32,698 bases of DNA, taken from positions 1 through 32,698 of the forward strand of contig JALXBF010000181.1 of the NCBI GenBank assembly GCA_026991575.1, read 5' to 3'. The position numbers and the translations under genes are program-made. Under the pieces are notes generated by a model, which had not been told where the DNA came from, did not search any database, and saw nothing but the letters and a program-made list of their open reading frames with translations. This document shows positions 25,894-32,698 of the stretch, piece after piece (positions within the stretch are counted from its first letter, which is position 1; each line of letters starts with the position of its first letter). This DNA is from Planctomycetota bacterium. GTDB lineage: Bacteria > Planctomycetota > Planctomycetia > JALXBF01.

Positions 25894-26868
25894 CTAGGGG
25901 CTGTTCCCTGAAGAGGCTGCCGAACACTGGACGTTAGCATCGCCGGCAGCGACACCGAGCAGCTGTTCCAGTGCGGGGCGCAGCTCGGGGAAGCGAAACC
26001 GATAGCCGAGTTGCAGCAGCCGCGCCGGCAGGACCCTCTGCCCGGTGCAAAGCATGTCGGCGACCTCTCCGAGAGCGAGCCGCAGCGCGAAGCGAGGCGC
26101 TCGCAAGAACGTGGGCCGGCCCAGCAACTCCCCGATTGTCCGTACCAGGTCGCGGTTGCGCACCGGCTGCGGTGCAGTCCCGTTGATCGGTCCGTGGCAT
26201 GCCTGGTGGGTCAGCGCGAAGCGAAAGACCCCCACGATATCTGCGATGTGAATCCATGAGACCCATTGCTGTCCGCTGCCCACCGGGCCGCCGACAAAGA
26301 ACCGGATCGGGCGGAGCATGGTCGGCAGTGCGCCGCCGTCTGGGGCGAGCACCACGCCGGTTCGTATAACGACCAGGCGGACGCCCGCATCGGCCACCGG
26401 GGAGGCCGCTGCTTCCCACTCGACGCAAGTCCGGGCGAGGAAGTCGTTTCCCGGGCCGGCCTCTTCGGTGAGTTCTTCATCGCCGCGGTCGCCGTAGTAA
26501 CCGATCGCGGATCCCTGGACGAACACCAGCGGCCGCTCTCCAGCCCGCTCGACGGCCTCGGCCAGACGTCGGGTGGTTTCGACCCGGCTGCGGCGGATCT
26601 CCGCCTTGTACTCTTCACTCCAGCGCCGCTCGAAGATATTCGCACCGGCCAGGTTTACGATGGCATCCACCCCGGCGCAGCGCTCTTGCCATGGGCCGGC
26701 CTGGGTGGGATCCCCTTCAATGAGTTCCAGCCGCTCATGACGACCCAGCCGGTGCTCTGCCCGAGCCCGATCGCGCGTGAGCACAAAGCAGCGGGCTCCG
26801 TCTTCCAGGAGTGCTCGCACTAGGTGATGTCCGATAAGACCGGTTGCGCCGGCCAAGAACACACGCAC
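25894..26868 (-). CDS. TIGR01777 family NAD(P)-dependent oxidoreductase/epimerase (YfcH-like, DUF1731 C-terminus)
   Basis: GATGLIG, IVNLAGANI, RRWSEEYK, SAIGYYG, CVEWE, RTGVVL, GSGQQWVSWIH, GQRVLP and FRFPEL. GTG start with GGAGGT SD. Confidence 0.93.
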   Translation of the reverse strand: MRVFLAGATGLIGHHLVRALLEDGARCFVLTRDRARAEHRLGRHERLELIEGDPTQAGPWQERCAGVDAIVNLAGANIFERRWSEEYKAEIRRSRVETTRRLAEAVERAGERPLVFVQGSAIGYYGDRGDEELTEEAGPGNDFLARTCVEWEAAASPVADAGVRLVVIRTGVVLAPDGGALPTMLRPIRFFVGGPVGSGQQWVSWIHIADIVGVFRFALTHQACHGPINGTAPQPVRNRDLVRTIGELLGRPTFLRAPRFALRLALGEVADMLCTGQRVLPARLLQLGYRFRFPELRPALEQLLGVAAGDANVQCSAASSGNSP

Positions 26869-26894
26869 GATACCACCTCCCGCTCTGCCCGGTC

Positions 26895-28226
26895 CTACCG
26901 CTGCTGCCTCCTACCAGCCGTTACCGGCAAGTCGTGCGATTCGGGTAACGGGATACCAAAAATCCGACACGGACTCTCCACCAGGATCTGCCACGCAAGA
27001 CGAACGGCTCGCTCGGCCGTCCAGCCTCTACCGATGACGAACTGCTCGGCCAGCACCTCAGCCAACACTCGGCGATACATGGCGAACTTCGGAAGCACGA
27101 ATTCCAGCCGGTAGGCATCCGAGTAGTAGCCGATCTGCTTCACGGCAGGGACCGCCGTTAGTCGGGCCGACAGGTCAATGCGAATGTAAGGGGGGACATT
27201 GGCGTACCACCAGTGCCCGTGTGCCACGACGTTGGGAAAGATCCACGCGAACGCCATCAACTCCGGATTGAGCGAATGCGATAGTACCGAGATCGGGAAG
27301 GTTACGTTGGGGAACGCATTGAACAGTTCGGCGTACTGATACAGGCTCCAACGGCTATCCAGCAGGTCTTGACCTTGATAGACTCCTTCGCGGTACACGT
27401 TGCGGTAGACGCCGATCATCAGGTCGAAGGGCAGGCGGAAGTCGTCGCAGAGCCGGGCAAGCGTCCAGAACACGAACCGACTGACCTGTTCCCGGTCAGC
27501 CGGCAGCGGATGGCGCGTGCGAAGCAGCCGGTCCAGCGCAGGAGCCACCTCGCCGCCTGTCACCGGCGCCGGGTGGAACCGTGGGGGAAGCGAGATTGCA
27601 CAGGCGCGCGCGCCGCGTTCGACAAAGTGCTCGAACAGCGCCCCCAGCGCACGCTCCAACGACGCCGCGTCTGTGACCTCGACGTTCGTCGCTTCCGCCA
27701 ACCGCTCGCGAACGCTCAGCTCCGCCAGCCGGAAGACCAGTTCATCCGTGCGCAGGCAGGGCACGTAGAACGCGGTGTCGAATCCATCGAGCGGATCATC
27801 GAAGTCGTTCGTCAGGAACACGCACACCAGGCGGCTGCGTCGGATGACCGTCTCTGTCCAGTCAGCCCGCTGGAAAGCACGGTCACAGGCCTGCCAGACA
27901 GCATCGATGTTTTCCGGTCCGATCCGCTCGCACTCGAACCCGACCAATTCCCGTACGATGAATTCCAGCCAGGTGTACTGCACGGTGTTTTCCAGAGCCG
28001 GCAGGTACTCGGCCAGCGCGCGAACACGCAGCTGCGGCTCCACGTCGGCGGCCAAGAGCCTTTTGTCCAGGCCAGCCGAGTGGGCAAGCTCCGTGTAGTA
28101 GTGATAGCCGAGGATGTCGTCTAGGGAGCGTGCCACGGGCTGCAGCGGCTGAATGTGCGTGTGCGGATCGACCAGCGGAAATTCCTCAAGCGCCTGATAG
28201 AGTTCCTCGACTAAGCGAAGCTCCAT
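26895..28226 (-). CDS. uxaC: Glucuronate (uronate) isomerase-like amidohydrolase-fold protein
   Basis: LVDPHTH metal motif, GYHYYTELAHSAG, LTNDFDDPL, LPFDLMIG, GHWWY and YYSDAY. ATG 28226 has GGGAGG upstream. The family is fairly secure; the substrate is not. Confidence 0.75.
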   Translation of the reverse strand: MELRLVEELYQALEEFPLVDPHTHIQPLQPVARSLDDILGYHYYTELAHSAGLDKRLLAADVEPQLRVRALAEYLPALENTVQYTWLEFIVRELVGFECERIGPENIDAVWQACDRAFQRADWTETVIRRSRLVCVFLTNDFDDPLDGFDTAFYVPCLRTDELVFRLAELSVRERLAEATNVEVTDAASLERALGALFEHFVERGARACAISLPPRFHPAPVTGGEVAPALDRLLRTRHPLPADREQVSRFVFWTLARLCDDFRLPFDLMIGVYRNVYREGVYQGQDLLDSRWSLYQYAELFNAFPNVTFPISVLSHSLNPELMAFAWIFPNVVAHGHWWYANVPPYIRIDLSARLTAVPAVKQIGYYSDAYRLEFVLPKFAMYRRVLAEVLAEQFVIGRGWTAERAVRLAWQILVESPCRIFGIPLPESHDLPVTAGRRQQR

Positions 28227-30474
28227 GAACAGGCCTCCCGCTGACGGACAACTCGACCGTGCTCGCCGTGCCCGGCTGGCTGTAATCATACTCGCAGTCC
28301 TGGCTGCCGCCGTAGGGGGGCTGATCTGGTACGGTTGGCAACCGGCCTACCGGAGCACGGGTCGGTTTGCCGGTTCTGAGCGGTGTGCCGCGTGTCACGC
28401 GGACCAGTTCGACCGCTGGCGCCGCTCACACCACGGTTTGGCCGAGCGGCCGGTGCAGGCAGAGGCGGACCGGCGTGCCTTCGAGCCGGCGCGGCAGATC
28501 GAACACGGGTCGGTGAAATCCGAAGTCCGCTTGGACAAGACCGAAGACGCCCTACGGTTTGTCATTCGGACGCTCGGTGACGACGGCCAGTATCGGGAAT
28601 ACACGGCGGAGCGAGTGATCGGGACCGATCCGTTGCGCCAGTTCCTGGTGCGGTTCGCACGAGGCCGCTGGCAGGTTACCGCACTGGCTTACGACCCGAA
28701 TGCTGACGAGTGGTTCGATGTCTTCGGGGACGAGGACCGCAAGCCGCATGAGTGGGGGTTCTGGGCCAACCGCGGCATGACCTGGAACACGATGTGTGCC
28801 ACGTGCCACGTGACCGACTTCGTCAAGCGGTACGATCCGCAGCGCGACGAGTATCGGTCAACCTGGCAGGAGCTTGCCGTGGGGTGTGAAGCGTGCCACG
28901 GCCTGGCGGCGGATCATGCGGAATGGCAGGAGCGTTATGGTCCGGCGCGCGACGACCCGACGCTGCCGCGGCTGAGCAAGAAGCAATGGGTTGACACATG
29001 CGGTGCCTGTCACGCGCGGCGTTCGGCCCTTGTGGAACCGTTTCGTCCCGGCGTGCCCTTCCTGGATCAGTTCTTGCCGGTTCTGCCCGATCTGTCCGAG
29101 ACCTACTATCCGGACGGCCAGGTGCGCGAGGAGAACTACGAGTACACCTCGTTTCTGCTTAGCCGCATGTACCACGAGGGCGTCTACTGCATGGACTGCC
29201 ATGACGCCCACGACGGCAGCTTGTTGCGCGAGGGGAACAACCTGTGTCTGAAATGCCACGCCGGCAAGATCGATCCGGTGCAGCACAGCCGGCACAGGCT
29301 CGACGGACCGGGCGGTCGATGCGTCAACTGCCACATGCCGATCACGGTCTACATGCAACGGGATCCGCGGCGTGACCATGGGTTCACGATTCCGGACCCG
29401 AAGCTGACCATCGAGTACGGCATCCCGAACGCATGCAATCGGTGTCACGAGGACAAGACTCCTGAGTGGGCGTTGGAGGTGGTCGAACAGTGGTATGGGG
29501 AGCGTATGGACCGGATCACGCGGCGCCGCGCCGTAGCGGTGGCCCGAGCCCGCCGGGGGGAGCTCGCCGTCATCCCGGAATTACTCGAGCTTCTGGAGGA
29601 AGACCCGTACCCGGAGTGGCGCGCCGTGTTTGCGCTCTGCTTGCGACCGTGGCGAACCCAGCCGCAGGTAGCGGCCGCGTTGCTCAAGGCTGCGCAAAGC
29701 GAACATCCGATGCTCCAATGGGCAGCAGCCCGCGCGCTCGATCCGGAACGGGAACCGCCGCCGGACCTGTCGGTGCTACTGGATCATCCCAGGCGGGCGG
29801 TCCGAGTCCAAGCGGCGTGGGCTATGAGGAAGGTACTGAAGGAGGACGCGCCGGTCATGCGTGAACTCCGGCAGTTCCTGGAACTGCAGCTGGACCAGCC
29901 TACCGGCCGCATGATGCAGGGCATTTACGCAAAGGACCGCGGCCGACTTGATGAGGCCGAACGGTGGTTCCGCAAGGCGTTGGCGCTTGAGCCGTACAGT
30001 CCGGTGCCGTGGGAGGCGATTGCGGTCATGTACAGCGAAGCGGGCAACGTTGAACGGGCGCTTGAGGTGCTGGACGAAGCGTGTGAGGCGTTGCCCCAGC
30101 AAGCCCGCCTCCACTACCTGCGGGGACTGGCCCTGGCGGAGGCGGGGCGGCTACCGGCTGCGACTGCCGCACTACAAGAGGCGGTAAGACTTGATGCCGG
30201 CCTTGCCCGCGCCTGGTACAACCTGGCTCTCGCGCGGCATCGCCTTGGTCAGCAGAACCTGGCCTTGCGCGCGCTGCGCACCGCTCTGGACCTTGAACCG
30301 GACAACAGTGACTTTGCCTTCGCCCTGGCGACCATCTACCGCGATATCGGCAGGCGCGATCAGGCGATACGATGGGCCCGGCGGACGCTGACGCTGAACC
30401 CGCTGCATCGCGGTGCAGCTGCGCTGCTGGAGCAGTTGGGGCAGCGTCCGGACGGTGGCGAGCGTACCCGTTGA
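28225..30474 (+). CDS. Membrane-anchored multiheme (8 CxxCH) c-type cytochrome with HEAT-like and TPR repeats
   Basis: N-terminal TM LAVIILAVLAAAVGGLIWYGW, then CAACH, CATCH, CEACH, CGACH, CMDCH, CLKCH, CVNCH and CNRCH. HEAT-like helical repeats and about 5-6 TPRs follow (e.g. AERWFRKALALEP, AWYNLALA, LRTALDLEPDN). Confidence 0.92.
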   Translation: MNRPPADGQLDRARRARLAVIILAVLAAAVGGLIWYGWQPAYRSTGRFAGSERCAACHADQFDRWRRSHHGLAERPVQAEADRRAFEPARQIEHGSVKSEVRLDKTEDALRFVIRTLGDDGQYREYTAERVIGTDPLRQFLVRFARGRWQVTALAYDPNADEWFDVFGDEDRKPHEWGFWANRGMTWNTMCATCHVTDFVKRYDPQRDEYRSTWQELAVGCEACHGLAADHAEWQERYGPARDDPTLPRLSKKQWVDTCGACHARRSALVEPFRPGVPFLDQFLPVLPDLSETYYPDGQVREENYEYTSFLLSRMYHEGVYCMDCHDAHDGSLLREGNNLCLKCHAGKIDPVQHSRHRLDGPGGRCVNCHMPITVYMQRDPRRDHGFTIPDPKLTIEYGIPNACNRCHEDKTPEWALEVVEQWYGERMDRITRRRAVAVARARRGELAVIPELLELLEEDPYPEWRAVFALCLRPWRTQPQVAAALLKAAQSEHPMLQWAAARALDPEREPPPDLSVLLDHPRRAVRVQAAWAMRKVLKEDAPVMRELRQFLELQLDQPTGRMMQGIYAKDRGRLDEAERWFRKALALEPYSPVPWEAIAVMYSEAGNVERALEVLDEACEALPQQARLHYLRGLALAEAGRLPAATAALQEAVRLDAGLARAWYNLALARHRLGQQNLALRALRTALDLEPDNSDFAFALATIYRDIGRRDQAIRWARRTLTLNPLHRGAAALLEQLGQRPDGGERTR

Positions 30475-30485
30475 AGGAGATAGCC

Positions 30486-30791
30486 ATGGCAGTACAGCAC
30501 ATCGTGCTCTTCAAGTTTAAGCCCGGCACGGTCGAGTCGAAGATCCGCGAGCTGTTCGACGAGCTGGCCGGGCTGCAGCAGAAGATCCCCGGAATCCTCT
30601 ACTTTGCCGGGGGACCGTACTCCAGCCCCGAAGGGCTGAACCGGGGCTACACGCATGGGTTTATCATGACGTTCGAATCACCTGAGGCACGCGACGCTTA
30701 CCTGCCGCACCCAGAGCACGAGCGGGTCAAGGAGATGATCCTGCCCCACGTCGAGGATGTGATTGCCTTTGACTTTGAGGTTCCCCGGTAG
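30486..30791 (+). CDS. Dabb family (stress-responsive A/B barrel) protein
   Basis: VQHIVLFKFK, SPEGLNRGYTHGFIMTF, RDAYLPHPEH and VIAFDF. SD AAGGAG precedes ATG 30486. Confidence 0.92.
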   Translation: MAVQHIVLFKFKPGTVESKIRELFDELAGLQQKIPGILYFAGGPYSSPEGLNRGYTHGFIMTFESPEARDAYLPHPEHERVKEMILPHVEDVIAFDFEVPR

Positions 30792-31297
30792 CCTTAGTGC
30801 CGCACGCTGTCCTTACGCCGGCTTGTCACCGACAGCGCTGCCGATCACCGCGATCGGGCGAGAGTTCGGTTCGGCCGATCGTCCGTGGTCGGCTGTCGTC
30901 GTGTGATTGCCGTGAGCATGCCCACTGAAGTCATCGGGTGACGGAGGGCCGATTCGGTGGAGTGAGGGCGATTGGCGGAGCAGGAGAGCCTGGCCGAGAA
31001 CGGTCGAACCGCGGGGGGGCGCGCGGGGTGGGACTCGCCGGGCATCGGTGCGGTGCGCACTTCGCGGCGTTGGAGTCCGGAGTTCTGCCGTTGGTGGCTC
31101 AGACGCCCATGTTGTTACGTTACTTCCGGCGCTGGAGCGGCGAAAAGGGATGCGAGAGCCAGCCGAGCACGGCGCGCTCCGGTCAATTAGCTTGCCAGGC
31201 GCTTCAGACGCTCTCCCGTTCCCGGTTCGCTGGCCCCGCACTGGTGGCACCGGCTTAGGCCCGGATCGTCGAGCGCCGGCTACGCTGCCAGCTTGCC

Positions 31298-31343
31298 GCT
31301 ACGCTTCAGCGCCCGCGATCCTGACCGGGGGCTGAAGCGTGGC
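31298..31343 (-). terminator. GC-rich stem-loop just downstream of leuS (possible terminator/3' stabiliser)
   Basis: ACGCTTCAGC (31301-31310) pairs perfectly with GCTGAAGCGT (31331-31340) and the stem can be extended. It sits about 20 nt past the leuS stop. No U-tract. Confidence 0.4.
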
Positions 31344-31361
31344 CGGGCGAGCGGCTTGAGC

Positions 31362-32698
31362 TTACACCACGATGTTCACAATACGGCCCGGTACCGCGAT
31401 CACCTTGCGAGGCGTTCTGTCCCCGAGGAGCTGTTGGATCCGCTCGTGAGCCAGTGCTTGCTGCTTCAGCGTCTCGGCGTCTGCGTCCGGTGCCACTTCG
31501 ATCGTGGCACGCACCTTACCGTTTACCTGCACGGGGATTCGCACCTGCTCCTGACGGATCCAACGCTCCTCATAGCTTGGCCACGGCTCATACGCCAGCG
31601 TTCCGTCATGGCCCAACAGCTGCCAGAGCTCCTCGGCGATGTGCGGTGCCAGCGGAGCAAGCAGCAGCACGAACTTTTCCATCGCTTCTTTGGGACGCAC
31701 CTTCTGGTTCAGGAAGAAGTTGACGAATTCCATCAAGCGGCTAATCGCCGTGTTGAACCGCAATCGTTCGATGTCTTCCGTGACCGCCTTGATGGTGCGG
31801 TGCAACACTCGTTGCTGCTCTTCGCTGAGCGTCACCTCCTGCACGCACGGGTTCAGTCGAAGTTCCGCTGCGTCCTCGTCCACGATCATCCGCCACACCC
31901 GGTGGAGGAAGCGGTAGACGCCCTGGATGCCTTCCATGCTCCACGGCTTGGTCACCTCCAGCGGGCCCATGAACATCTCGTATAGTCGCGTGCAATCCGC
32001 GCCGTATTGATCGAGGGGGATGTCGACGGGGATGACGTTGCCGCGCGATTTCGACATCTTCTCCGGTTCGCCGCGCAGTTCTTCGCCGGTCTCGGCGTGG
32101 TACGCCTTGCCCTCAACGAACTTGATCTTCGCATACGGTACGATTCGTCCTTCAGCGGTACGGTACGTGGTGGACAGGATCATCCCCTGGTTAACCAATC
32201 TCTGGAATGGCTCCATGGTGCTGACGTACCCGCGATCGAAGAGCACCTTATGCCAGAAGCGGGCGTAGAGCAGGTGGAGGACGGCGTGTTCGGCGCCACC
32301 AACGTACAGGTCCACCGGCATCCAGTACTTTTCCTTTTCCGGATCCCACGCGCGGTCGTTGTTCTTCGGGTCGCAGAACCGCAGATAGTACCAGCACGAA
32401 CCGGCCCATTGGGGCATCGTGTTGGTTTCCCGCTTGTACCGTTTGCCGTCGCGTATGACCCATTTCCAGTCTTCGGCCTTCTCCAGTGGGGGTTCAGGGC
32501 GGCCGGTCGGTTTGAAGTCCTCCAGATCGGGCAGTGTCACGGGTAGCTCTTCTTCCGGCACCGGTACCACGAGTCCGGTCGGATTGCCGGCTTCGTCGAC
32601 CTCGTGCAGGATCGGGAACGGTTCGCCCCAGTATCGCTGGCGGCTAAACAGCCAGTCGCGCAGCTTGTATTTCACGGCCTTTTTGCCGATACCGACGG
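31362..32698 (-). CDS. leuS: Leucine--tRNA ligase (C-terminal part; 5' end outside window)
   Basis: [77 protein letters not shown] and VQVNGKVR. The frame stays open to the right edge. Confidence 0.98.
   Translation of the reverse strand, partial: VGIGKKAVKYKLRDWLFSRQRYWGEPFPILHEVDEAGNPTGLVVPVPEEELPVTLPDLEDFKPTGRPEPPLEKAEDWKWVIRDGKRYKRETNTMPQWAGSCWYYLRFCDPKNNDRAWDPEKEKYWMPVDLYVGGAEHAVLHLLYARFWHKVLFDRGYVSTMEPFQRLVNQGMILSTTYRTAEGRIVPYAKIKFVEGKAYHAETGEELRGEPEKMSKSRGNVIPVDIPLDQYGADCTRLYEMFMGPLEVTKPWSMEGIQGVYRFLHRVWRMIVDEDAAELRLNPCVQEVTLSEEQQRVLHRTIKAVTEDIERLRFNTAISRLMEFVNFFLNQKVRPKEAMEKFVLLLAPLAPHIAEELWQLLGHDGTLAYEPWPSYEERWIRQEQVRIPVQVNGKVRATIEVAPDADAETLKQQALAHERIQQLLGDRTPRKVIAVPGRIVNIVV

Noticed and set aside
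1..32698. CRISPR arrays, tRNA/rRNA/tmRNA, IS or integrase genes, sigma54 promoters, defence systems
   Set aside because: By eye I found no regularly spaced direct repeats, tRNA arms, transposase or integrase motifs, complete TGGCAC-N5-TTGC sites, or nuclease/toxin domains.

Overview
GC-rich bacterial chromosomal window with strong Planctomycetota signatures: a DUF1549/DUF1553 plus DUF1501 pair, a LEPR-XLL protein, and a VWA/STN-like envelope protein. It holds about 19 protein-coding genes. I found no rRNA, tRNA, CRISPR array or mobile element. Housekeeping and metabolic genes (asnB-type amidotransferase, GT4, larA, aroB-dprA, TIGR01777 oxidoreductase, uxaC-like, partial leuS) are mixed with exported or envelope proteins: an FG-GAP repeat protein, PSCyt/PSD1, an M48 protease, LpoB-like and COG3014-like lipoproteins, an RTX-like LEPR-XLL protein, and an 8-heme cytochrome-TPR protein. 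Two observations stand out. (i) A minus-strand ORF of at least 843 aa at the left edge is absent from the supplied ORF track; it reads signal peptide-VWA(MIDAS)-TPR-coiled coil-STN/secretin-N0-like-Gly-rich-TM. (ii) The uxaC-like gene and the octaheme gene are divergent, with start codons interlocked in one CATG and a candidate -10 box for each inside the other's coding sequence. All family calls come from motif recognition by eye; no database search was run.
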